NCBI GenBank assembly: GCA_016214265.1
Contig: JACROU010000034.1
Coordinates: forward strand, 5,878 to 69,877
Reading direction: 5' to 3'
Length of the DNA stretch: 64,000 nt
Origin: Candidatus Omnitrophota bacterium
GTDB lineage: Bacteria; Omnitrophota; Omnitrophia; Omnitrophales; JACROU01
The notes under the pieces were generated by a model that saw only the letters and a program-made list of their open reading frames with translations, searched no databases and was not told the DNA's origin. A program made the position numbers and the translations under genes. Below are positions 20,328 to 28,604 of the stretch, piece after piece (position 1 is the stretch's first letter; the number at the start of each line of letters is the position of its first letter).

Positions 20328-21815
20328 TTAAAACTTCCACAAGAGATCAACCTGCAGACGCCGCTGTGTTTCGTCAATCACTCCGGCCGTCCCGGCATTT
20401 AAATTATCAACCAGATAGCCGGAGCAAGAAAAAATCAGGCTATCCGTTATGCAATAACTTAGTTTAAGCACACTACCCTGTTTGCCGGCGTAGCCATTAC
20501 CAAAATCGCTATCCGAGAAAGCACCAACAACCGCATTGGCGCCAATATAGCGATACTCATAACGCGCTTCCCAGTCACCCTTTTTGTTGACAGATCCCAA
20601 ACGTGTTCCCAAAGCCCACGCAAAATCGGAGTGCAAAATGGTTCCCCCCTGATTTCCAATGGGACTGGCGCCAACGTTATCCGCGATATCAACGAAGAAT
20701 CGTGTTGGAAATCCATAAGGATATATGGCAATTTCATTATAAGTTTCAACGACTTGAAATTCGCGGGTATCCAACTGAGAAGTAGGTCCGCTCACATTAG
20801 GGTTACCACGTGCAAGACTGGTACCGCCGAGTGTGAAATTATTGTTCTGCCCGTAGTTCATATAATTGTAGTAAGAAAAGGCGGTTAAAAAATCCACCGG
20901 CCGTTCCAGAAATGGCGTGTAAAAAACAGGATTCAAGCCCCCCTGAATGGCCCAGAGCTCGGAATCTCCAGTCGTGGCAGCATTCAACGAATTCGGAGAA
21001 GCCAGCGCCGAGCTCTCCATCAATACATATTGCCCCGCAAGGAGATAGCCTTTGAGATCAAAATTATCTGAATCGATCAAATTGACATTGATTTTTTCAT
21101 AAACGCCTTCTGGCTTCACATCACGGTCCCAAATAATTTCAGATGAACCTATCTCGAAGGGATTATTTGCTTTACCCGCCGTCACTTCCAATTTCTCAAC
21201 GGGACCTATTTTTGCCCAATTCGGCGTGTAGGTTGCATATGCCTTATCAAACCAGACATTTTTGTAATTAAACAAATTAGTCAAAGTTTGATTTGAGGAC
21301 GTTGGGTCCGTACTCGTTCCTCCCACTTGTCCATCAGCTGTTGTCAGCGAAAATCCCACTTTCATTTGATCACTGAAAGTTTTCTCAAAACCATATCGGA
21401 CACGAAAACGAAAACGGTTACGAGCATCGGTCTCACCGGGATTTCCACTCGTATAATCCTGACCGTCATAGCGCAGTCTCAAATCACCGCCAAATTTCAA
21501 ATCCTTCAGCCATTTACTTGCACCGCCAAGAGCTGTACTCAAGCGTTCGTTGAATTCCGTATCGCTCATGGGGGGAGTTGCTAGCCCTTGCGCTCCTTCA
21601 ACACTTGGAGGTGTCTGAGGGCCTTTGATTTCAAGAGAACGAATTTTCTCATCTTGTTTAACAACGGTCTGTTTCATTTCACCCAGTTCTTTTTTCAAGT
21701 CATCAACCACTTTGCTCAGCACAGCAACCTGGTCGACATCCGCCCAAGCTGTGGTCGAAAAAAGAACAGCGATTAATGAAAACGCTGCGATAACTCGATT
21801 AAATTTCATTGCCAT
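20328..21815 (-). CDS. outer-membrane porin-like beta-barrel with N-terminal coiled coil (DcaP-like / phosphate-porin candidate)
   Basis: 495 aa; signal peptide, coiled-coil heptads (LSKVVDDLKKELGEMKQTVVKQDEKIRSLE), beta-rich alternating pattern, C-terminal ...LLWKF aromatic end; sits between phoBR and pstS. Confidence 0.5.
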   Translation of the reverse strand: MAMKFNRVIAAFSLIAVLFSTTAWADVDQVAVLSKVVDDLKKELGEMKQTVVKQDEKIRSLEIKGPQTPPSVEGAQGLATPPMSDTEFNERLSTALGGASKWLKDLKFGGDLRLRYDGQDYTSGNPGETDARNRFRFRVRYGFEKTFSDQMKVGFSLTTADGQVGGTSTDPTSSNQTLTNLFNYKNVWFDKAYATYTPNWAKIGPVEKLEVTAGKANNPFEIGSSEIIWDRDVKPEGVYEKINVNLIDSDNFDLKGYLLAGQYVLMESSALASPNSLNAATTGDSELWAIQGGLNPVFYTPFLERPVDFLTAFSYYNYMNYGQNNNFTLGGTSLARGNPNVSGPTSQLDTREFQVVETYNEIAIYPYGFPTRFFVDIADNVGASPIGNQGGTILHSDFAWALGTRLGSVNKKGDWEARYEYRYIGANAVVGAFSDSDFGNGYAGKQGSVLKLSYCITDSLIFSCSGYLVDNLNAGTAGVIDETQRRLQVDLLWKF

Positions 21816-21932
21816 TTCCTCCTTGATTGATTTTTAATTACTTCAGAACTCTAGAGAAGTGTACAAATGCCGCGTCTTGAAAATATTAGGAACATGTAAA
21901 AAACGGGTAAATCCAGGACCAGAGCTCGAAAA

Positions 21933-23738
21933 TCAGGATATGGTCCTGGTTTGAGAGATTCGAAGGGTGAACGAAAACCGGGATCCTTTTCCTGCCATAC
22001 TTTCACAAGAAACTTTACCGCCGTGGGCTTCAATAATATGCTTCACGATGGAAAGGCCCAGACCCGTGCCGCCCTCTTGCCGCGAACGGGCCTTATCTAC
22101 GCGGTAAAATCGCTCAAAAACACGGGCAATTTCATCCTGAGGAATTCCAATTCCCGTGTCTTCAATAGATATCTTCAAAAAATCACCGGCCTTTTCCGCA
22201 TCGATAATAATATTTCCGCCATCCTGATTAAACTTGATGGCGTTATCGATTAAATTGACAAGCACCTGCTTCAATTTATCCCTATCCGCCAAAATACGTC
22301 GACCCAAACTTTCCGCGATTCGATTTTCGAGCTGAATTCTTTTTTTCTTGATAGCTGGATAAAGCACAGAAAGCACGGCATCCATTTCCTGCTTTAAATC
22401 CAGCGACTCCAACTGTAGCGGCGATTGTTTCGACTCGATTTTTGACAAATCCAGAAGATCATCAATCAATCGGGTCAGCCGATCCGCATCGTCTTCGATC
22501 CGTTTCAGAAAATCCGCGCTTTTCTCAGGATCCTTCGACGCTCCAGACCGTAACGTTTCTGCGAATCCTTTAATCGATGTCAAAGGAGTCCTGAGCTCGT
22601 GAGACACATTAGCGACAAAATCACGCCGCATATTCTCCAGCTTTTTAACTTCGGTCACATCCGACAAAACCAAAACTCCCCGGACATCCCCATTTTGTTT
22701 CTCAATTCCCACCGCGTTTACATTCAAAAATTTCTCTTCAAACCTCGCGATCTCAAGCACTTTTTTGACAATCCCCCCCGTTTTCATCGCCTCACTCATC
22801 ATTTCATCAATTTCAGGATTGCGAACCACTTCAAGAAGACCTCTGCCCAAAACCTGACTTTCTACAATACCAAAAACTTCTTCAGCACCAGGATTGACGG
22901 TCAGAACGCTTCTGTCTCCGTCAACTGCAACAATCCCCTCCGACATATTTTTCAGAATTGCCGAAAGTTTTGCTCTCTGGCCTTCGCTCTCCGAAATACG
23001 AAGCTTGAGTGCCTTTACCATTTCATTCATGGCATCGGCCAGAATTTTCAGCTCGTCCTCGGCATCAATATAAATTTTCTCGGACAAATCCCCGCGAGCG
23101 TATCGCGTAGCCGCACGAGTCATCACCGCAATTCTAGAGCTGACGCGTCCGCCCAACCACAAGGCACAGATGATGATAAAAAATATTCCGGCGGCGGTTC
23201 CAATCAATACAGGTTTTTCGACCGTAGAAAAAGTTCGACGAACTATAGCCAATGGCAGACTAGCCCGGAAAATTCCAACCACGGAGTGAGAATCTTTGAT
23301 GGGAAGGGCAACATAAAGGATGTTAGTCTTCAACGTTTTACTGAAACGCTCGCTCATCCCGATGCCCTTCTTAAGTGCCTCCTGAACCTCGGGCCGCTCA
23401 AGATGATTATCCATTTGCTGCAAAGCTTCCCAGGATTCCTCTGACTCACCCAAAACAAAGCCGTCCGCACGAATCACAGTCAGACGGGCATCAGAATCTT
23501 TGCCCAATTTATGAATTAACGAATGTATTTTGCGGCGGTCGCCCTCTTGAATGAGCGCGGGTGTGATAATATTTTCGATAAGATGCAAACGCACAATGAG
23601 CGATTGCTTAAGCTCAGCTCGGATTTGCTGACGAAGCGAAAACGATATGTAGGCACCGGTGGCGATGAACACCACCGCGAAGAGCGTCAAAAATGCAAAA
23701 GTAATTTTCCGGCCAAATTTTTTTCGGATGAAATTCAT
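21933..23738 (-). CDS. phoR: PhoR-like sensor histidine kinase (TM-periplasmic-TM, HAMP, PAS, HisKA, HATPase_c)
   Basis: H-box HELRTPLTSIKGF, G-boxes GGTGLGLSIVKHIIEAHGG; overlaps phoB by 4 nt. Confidence 0.75.
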   Translation of the reverse strand: MNFIRKKFGRKITFAFLTLFAVVFIATGAYISFSLRQQIRAELKQSLIVRLHLIENIITPALIQEGDRRKIHSLIHKLGKDSDARLTVIRADGFVLGESEESWEALQQMDNHLERPEVQEALKKGIGMSERFSKTLKTNILYVALPIKDSHSVVGIFRASLPLAIVRRTFSTVEKPVLIGTAAGIFFIIICALWLGGRVSSRIAVMTRAATRYARGDLSEKIYIDAEDELKILADAMNEMVKALKLRISESEGQRAKLSAILKNMSEGIVAVDGDRSVLTVNPGAEEVFGIVESQVLGRGLLEVVRNPEIDEMMSEAMKTGGIVKKVLEIARFEEKFLNVNAVGIEKQNGDVRGVLVLSDVTEVKKLENMRRDFVANVSHELRTPLTSIKGFAETLRSGASKDPEKSADFLKRIEDDADRLTRLIDDLLDLSKIESKQSPLQLESLDLKQEMDAVLSVLYPAIKKKRIQLENRIAESLGRRILADRDKLKQVLVNLIDNAIKFNQDGGNIIIDAEKAGDFLKISIEDTGIGIPQDEIARVFERFYRVDKARSRQEGGTGLGLSIVKHIIEAHGGKVSCESMAGKGSRFSFTLRISQTRTIS

Positions 23739-24427
23739 AATTCCTGGTCAAAACGGTAACCCACATTTTTAACCGTGACCAGCCTCTGGGCTTCTGCTTT
23801 AAGTTTTTTTCTGAGCTGTCCAATGTGCATGTCGATGGTGCGCGTTTCAATGTTGACCGATTGATCGTAACCCCAAGCGTGTTCAAGAAGAAACTCGCGC
23901 GAAAGCACACGCCCTCCAGCCTCGAGCAGCGCTTTCAGAAGATCGTATTCTTTCGAGGTCATCTCCACCGTTTTACCTTTCACACTGACGATATGCTTTT
24001 CGGTATCGATTTGAAGCATTCCCGATTTTAGAATTTTTGTTTTGGGTTTTTCATAATGACGGCGAAGCACTGCTTTGACGCGGGCTACAAGTTCGCGGGG
24101 ACTGAACGGCTTGGTCATGTAATCATCGGCGCCCAGCTCGAGGCCGACAATCTTATCTGCTTCCTGAGCTTTTGCGGTCAAAATAATGATGGGAATGTGA
24201 GCCGTTTTTTCATCCTGCTTGAGAATTTTGGTGATTTCAATTCCGTTCATGCCAGGAAGCATGAGGTCGAGCACAAGAAGATCCGGCTTTTGCCTGCGAG
24301 CCTGCTCCAGTCCGGAATCTCCTCGGGAAGACGCCAGCACGCGATAGCCCGCATCCTCGAGATTGTATTTCACCAGCTCGAGAATATTACTTTCGTCTTC
24401 GACCACTAAAATTGTTTCTTTTTTCAT
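23735..24427 (-). CDS. phoB: OmpR/PhoB-family response regulator
   Basis: 230 aa; receiver (ILVVEDE...DLLVLDLMLPGMNG) plus winged-helix output (VTVKNVGYRF). Confidence 0.8.
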   Translation of the reverse strand: MKKETILVVEDESNILELVKYNLEDAGYRVLASSRGDSGLEQARRQKPDLLVLDLMLPGMNGIEITKILKQDEKTAHIPIIILTAKAQEADKIVGLELGADDYMTKPFSPRELVARVKAVLRRHYEKPKTKILKSGMLQIDTEKHIVSVKGKTVEMTSKEYDLLKALLEAGGRVLSREFLLEHAWGYDQSVNIETRTIDMHIGQLRKKLKAEAQRLVTVKNVGYRFDQEL

Positions 24428-24461
24428 TAAAATCCTCTTATTCCCATCTCAAGATGGGGGA

Positions 24462-24797
24462 TTATTTTTTTGCCCGATACATAATGACATTCACTTTTTC
24501 CAGCGTAATCAATCCCTCCTGAACCATCTCGTCAAGTTTCGGCAGGAATTTGCTGATTTTCTCCTCACTGTCCACAATTTCAATAATGATGGGCAAATCT
24601 TCGGACAACCGGAGCAATTTGGCCGTATGCATGTGACTTTTGCAGCCGAAGCCCAAGAACCCTTTAATAGCAGTTGCGCCGGCCAGTCCTTCCTTTTTCG
24701 CCAAGTGAACAATCGCCTCGTAAAGAGGCTGGCCCTTCCATTGATCCGCTTCTCCGATGAATATGCGTAACAGCTTCCCATCTGCTGGAATTTTCAT
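24462..24797 (-). CDS. DUF190 (PII-like) protein, typical partner of CrcB fluoride channels
   Basis: 111 aa; gene order crcB-DUF190 is a recurrent fluoride-regulon pair. Confidence 0.6.
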   Translation of the reverse strand: MKIPADGKLLRIFIGEADQWKGQPLYEAIVHLAKKEGLAGATAIKGFLGFGCKSHMHTAKLLRLSEDLPIIIEIVDSEEKISKFLPKLDEMVQEGLITLEKVNVIMYRAKK

Positions 24798-24811
24798 AGA
24801 CCTTTTCTCCT

Positions 24812-25186
24812 TTAAATCAGTTTAGCGATTAACATTCCGACCCAAAAAATAACGAACCCGGCAATGACGCTGATCACAACATTCAAGAACGCGCGCAACA
24901 CTTCGCCGTCGCGCATCAGATTGAATGTTTCCAGAATAAAAGTAGAAAAGGTGGTGAATGCTCCGCAGAATCCGATCATCAGGAGCACTTTCAGATTCGG
25001 GCCCAGCAGGAACTTTTCGTCCGCCAGGGTGCTGAGAAATCCAATCAGGAAACATCCTGAAAGATTCACCGCAAGCGTACCGTACGGAAAATCGGTTCCG
25101 AAGATCCGGTAAATGACGCCCGCCAAGGCATATCGGGCGAAAGTTCCGGTCAATCCTCCGAGAGCCAGACTCAACCACTTAAGCAT
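24812..25186 (-). CDS. crcB: fluoride ion channel CrcB/Fluc
   Basis: 124 aa, four TM helices, GxxGxxTTFSTF-like motif (FCGAFTTFSTF). Confidence 0.8.
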   Translation of the reverse strand: MLKWLSLALGGLTGTFARYALAGVIYRIFGTDFPYGTLAVNLSGCFLIGFLSTLADEKFLLGPNLKVLLMIGFCGAFTTFSTFILETFNLMRDGEVLRAFLNVVISVIAGFVIFWVGMLIAKLI

Positions 25187-25220
25187 TAGACTATCCTTCC
25201 GGGGTAAGATCAGCGTGAGG

Positions 25221-25238
25221 TTAATGTAAAGTTTGTGT
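25221..25238 (-). promoter_or_regulatory. second copy of exact 18-nt TTAATGTAAAGTTTGTGT element, within four 11-bp-phased TtACa-like repeats upstream of crcB
   Basis: Gene orientation: TTGACA-caaac-TTTACA-ttaac-cTCACG-ctgatc-TTACCC then RBS GGAAGGA and ATG; cores spaced 11 bp. Confidence 0.45.
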
Positions 25239-25242
25239 CAAG

Positions 25243-25857
25243 TTACGGCTTTGGCAAATTCACTTTCTTCCCTTGAGACAAGAAACAAAGAAAAGCGATA
25301 ACAAGGGCCACAATACTTAATAGTATTCCGGCAAAGGCGATAAGCATAATTTGATTCGGCTTTTTGTTGATCGCGTGAATTTCTCCAGAAGGCAGGCCAT
25401 CCAGCTTTTCCGGAAACTGGATTGCGTTTGAGGATAAAACATCGGAAGATTCAAATTGTTCGTTGACGATGCTCCCCTCAATGGTTCCTTCAACGCGGAA
25501 GATGTATTTTCCAGTACGGGTTGGCAAAAAATATCCCGCGTACGCGCCAGGTTCTCCGGATAACGGTTTCAGCTCGACGGAGAGCGTTTTGTCAGCGAAA
25601 ATGATCGTGCCTTTCAGCGATTGTTCAAGCCCGAAAATCGGACGGTTGTTCCGAGCGGAAGGATTTTTGATCAGAAACACAGCCGCATTCATTTGACCAG
25701 CAAAAGCCGGATCAGTCAGAAAGCCGACGACAAATTCATATTTTCCAGCAACTTTTCGATGTTCGAGAGCATAAGCCGATTGCTGAAAATAAACGAATGA
25801 TGCAAGCATCAAGAAAACGAAAACAATAAGTGACTTGAGATTAAATTCGAACTTCAC
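25243..25857 (-). CDS. hypothetical exported protein with C-terminal membrane anchor
   Basis: 204 aa; N-terminal signal peptide, beta-rich middle, C-terminal hydrophobic helix (IMLIAFAGILLSIVALVIAFLCFL); no family recognised. Confidence 0.4.
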   Translation of the reverse strand: MKFEFNLKSLIVFVFLMLASFVYFQQSAYALEHRKVAGKYEFVVGFLTDPAFAGQMNAAVFLIKNPSARNNRPIFGLEQSLKGTIIFADKTLSVELKPLSGEPGAYAGYFLPTRTGKYIFRVEGTIEGSIVNEQFESSDVLSSNAIQFPEKLDGLPSGEIHAINKKPNQIMLIAFAGILLSIVALVIAFLCFLSQGKKVNLPKP

Positions 25858-25873
25858 GCGACACCTCCTGTAA

Positions 25874-26875
25874 TTAAACTGATTCCAAAATATATTGAAA
25901 AATAAGCGGCGCGACTATCGTAGCATCCGATTCGATGATGAATCTCGGCGTCTTGGCATCCAATTTTCCCCACGTGATTTTTTCATTAGGAACCGCGCCC
26001 GAATAGGAACCGTACGAAGTAGTGGAATCGGAAATCTGGCAAAAATAGCCCCACAGCTTGCACTCCTCGCGCAAGTCCTGAATAATCAAAGGAACCACAC
26101 AAATCGGAAAATCTCCGGAAATGCCCCCCGCGATTTGAAAAAAACCAATCGTTTCTTTTATGGAATTGGCCCGGTACCAATCGATGAGCGCGGCCATTTG
26201 TTCCAACCCGGATTTAACGACCTGATAATTCGAGACTTCTCCGCGAATCACATTTGCCACAAAAATATTGCCGAGCGTGGAATCCTCCCAGCCTGGCGTA
26301 AAAATGGGGAGATTTTTTTCACAGGCGGCAACCAACCATGAATCTGCCGGATCGATTTGATAATCCGCCTTGATCTCGCCGCTTTTAATCAGCTGGTACA
26401 TGTACTCGTACGGAAAAAAACGCTGTTTCGTCTGATCCGCTTTTCGCCACAGTTTCAGCACTTTTCGTTCGATGCGTCGCATCGCCTCTTCTTCCGGAAT
26501 ACAGGTATCGGTCACCCGGTTCAACCCTGCTTCACGAAGCGCCAGCTCTTCCTCAGCCGTCAGATTCCGGTAATTCGGAACACGCTTGTAATGGTCATGC
26601 GCGACGAGATTGAAAATATCTTCTTCGAGATTGGCCCCGGTACAGCAAATCCCGTGAACTTTATCCTGACGAATCATCTCGGCCAGCGTGATACCCAGCT
26701 CGGCCGTACTCATCGCACCGCCCAACGTCACAAACATTTTCCCGCCTTTTTTCAAGTGGCTGATGTAAGCCTCAGCCGCGTCGACTATAACCGCAGCATT
26801 AAAATGCCGGAAATTTTTTTTGATAAAATCCTTAATTAAGATATTCTTTTTGCCCATAGCCGTCTGAGAAATCAT
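25874..26875 (-). CDS. deoxyhypusine synthase-like protein (DHS family, bacterial homologue)
   Basis: 334 aa from internal Met (MISQTAMGKK...); NAD-binding Rossmann-like layout and motifs reminiscent of DHS (GGAMSTAELG; GICCTGANLEED). Confidence 0.6.
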   Translation of the reverse strand: MISQTAMGKKNILIKDFIKKNFRHFNAAVIVDAAEAYISHLKKGGKMFVTLGGAMSTAELGITLAEMIRQDKVHGICCTGANLEEDIFNLVAHDHYKRVPNYRNLTAEEELALREAGLNRVTDTCIPEEEAMRRIERKVLKLWRKADQTKQRFFPYEYMYQLIKSGEIKADYQIDPADSWLVAACEKNLPIFTPGWEDSTLGNIFVANVIRGEVSNYQVVKSGLEQMAALIDWYRANSIKETIGFFQIAGGISGDFPICVVPLIIQDLREECKLWGYFCQISDSTTSYGSYSGAVPNEKITWGKLDAKTPRFIIESDATIVAPLIFQYILESV

Positions 26876-27693
26876 AGTCTCACCTTTACCATTTTGAGTA
26901 CTGCCAGAATGACAAGCACTGTGCCAAAAACACATATTATTGTAGCCCCTGTCGGGAAATCAAGGAAGTAAGAAATCGTGATCCCCAAAAAGCTCACAAC
27001 CGTTCCGGTGGCCCAACCTAACAAAAGACGGGTGGAAAGTTTCGTCGCAAATAAAATCGCGGCTACTGCCGGAACAATCAGGTACGAAAACACGAGCAGA
27101 ACGCCAGCAATTTGAACCGAACTTGTGACCACAACACCGAACGTGAGATAAAAAACCAAATCCCACAACTTCACATTCATCCCCCGCTGAAATGCCAGCA
27201 CAGGCTTCGTCGAAATAAGAATAAATATCCGCCGGAAATACCAGTGAAACACCCCGAGCAGGCTGTAAAGCAGTAGAATTTTAATAATTTGCGGCACACT
27301 CACGAGCAGGACATTCCCGATCAGCATCGAGCGGATGTGTTCGTCGCCCTCTGCGGAGCGGCTCAAAATCATAATCGCTGCAGCCGCCGCCATCGCGTAC
27401 ACGATTCCGATAATCGCCTCTTGCGGAATTTTTTCATGCCGCGTACGCGTAATCGAAAATATGAGCGCGCCGAGCACGGTCGCCAAAAGCGAAAACCAGT
27501 ACGTAACACTGCTATGAAGTTCGTAGCCGAACAAAATTGCGCAAGTTGCCCCAAGCGCGGCAATCTGAGCGAGCGCAAGATCCACGAAAATAACCTTGCG
27601 CTCAATCACATGAATTCCTAGATAAACATGAATACCAGTGAGAATCAAGCACGCCAGAAGCGGCTTCCACATAATCAGGAAAAAATCATTCAT
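26872..27693 (-). CDS. znuB: ABC-3 family metal (Zn/Mn) ABC transporter permease (ZnuB/TroCD-like)
   Basis: 273 aa, ~8 TM helices, typical ZnuB length and hydrophobicity pattern; adjacent to ZnuA-like binding protein. Confidence 0.7.
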   Translation of the reverse strand: MNDFFLIMWKPLLACLILTGIHVYLGIHVIERKVIFVDLALAQIAALGATCAILFGYELHSSVTYWFSLLATVLGALIFSITRTRHEKIPQEAIIGIVYAMAAAAAIMILSRSAEGDEHIRSMLIGNVLLVSVPQIIKILLLYSLLGVFHWYFRRIFILISTKPVLAFQRGMNVKLWDLVFYLTFGVVVTSSVQIAGVLLVFSYLIVPAVAAILFATKLSTRLLLGWATGTVVSFLGITISYFLDFPTGATIICVFGTVLVILAVLKMVKVRL

Positions 27694-28604
27694 TGGAGCG
27701 CCTGCACGATTTGATTAATGTCATAATCGATCATTGAAAAATAGTCGCCCGCCTCTTTTTTACCGTTTACATTTTGCGTCAAATTTAACAGGCGCGCACC
27801 GGTATCTTTGGAAACTTTTTTGGGAGTCGAAGTTTCATTGAACGGCTCGATGATAATAATTTTCACATTCCGTTCTTTCATCATCCGCTCAAGACCGGCA
27901 AGATGCTTCGCTGTCGGCGGAATCCCCGGTTTCGGCTCTAATTCACCGACCGATTCAAGCCCGAAACGTTCGGTGAAATACGGCCAACTTTTGTGATACG
28001 TGACCACCGAAGCACCTTTACACAAAGCCATCGCAGCCTGCCAGTGTTTCATTTTCTCATCCATCTTTCGGTTAAATTGCTCAAGATTTTGCCGAAAATA
28101 TTTTTCGCTCTCAGGGAAAATTCTGGAAAATCCATCCGCGATATTTCCCGCCATGATTTTCGCGTTTACAGGATCAATCGCGTAATGCGGATTGCCGAAA
28201 GCATGAATATCCCCTTCGGTTCTGGAATACGTTGTCGGAATTTCAAGCAATGGAACGCCCACGGAAGCGTCAATAGCACCCTCATCCTTTTTGAGAAATG
28301 CCGGATTTCCTGCCGCGACAAGCATCGCATCACGCCAGGCTTCCAAATCCAGTCCGCCGTGGACAAAAACACGGGCTTTTTTGAGCATCATCAAATCCTT
28401 CGGATTCGGCTGAATCTGGTGAATGTCCCGAATCGGCGAAGCGACATGATGAACACTCACTTTTTCACCCGCGATTTCGCGGACAAGGCTTTCGAGCGTA
28501 GTCGTTGTCGTCACCACCCGGATTTTTTCTGCTGCAAAAGCACTATGACTTAAAAAAGTAAGCGCGAACAAAAACCAAATTATTTTTCTCATTTTAGTCT
28601 CCAA
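27690..28604 (-). CDS. znuA: metal ABC transporter substrate-binding protein (ZnuA/TroA cluster-9 family)
   Basis: 304 aa, signal peptide, two-lobe TroA-like pattern with conserved His residues (SVHHVASP...HAFGNPHYAIDP). Confidence 0.7.
   Translation of the reverse strand: METKMRKIIWFLFALTFLSHSAFAAEKIRVVTTTTTLESLVREIAGEKVSVHHVASPIRDIHQIQPNPKDLMMLKKARVFVHGGLDLEAWRDAMLVAAGNPAFLKKDEGAIDASVGVPLLEIPTTYSRTEGDIHAFGNPHYAIDPVNAKIMAGNIADGFSRIFPESEKYFRQNLEQFNRKMDEKMKHWQAAMALCKGASVVTYHKSWPYFTERFGLESVGELEPKPGIPPTAKHLAGLERMMKERNVKIIIIEPFNETSTPKKVSKDTGARLLNLTQNVNGKKEAGDYFSMIDYDINQIVQALQ

Noticed and set aside
25187-25242. Possible fluoride (crcB-motif) riboswitch upstream of crcB
   Set aside because: Only a weak resemblance (CUGAUCUUACC) to the 3' half of the consensus. 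The conserved GGxGAUGG...CC 5' helix and AAAC.GCC segment are absent. The region instead carries phased TtACa repeats.
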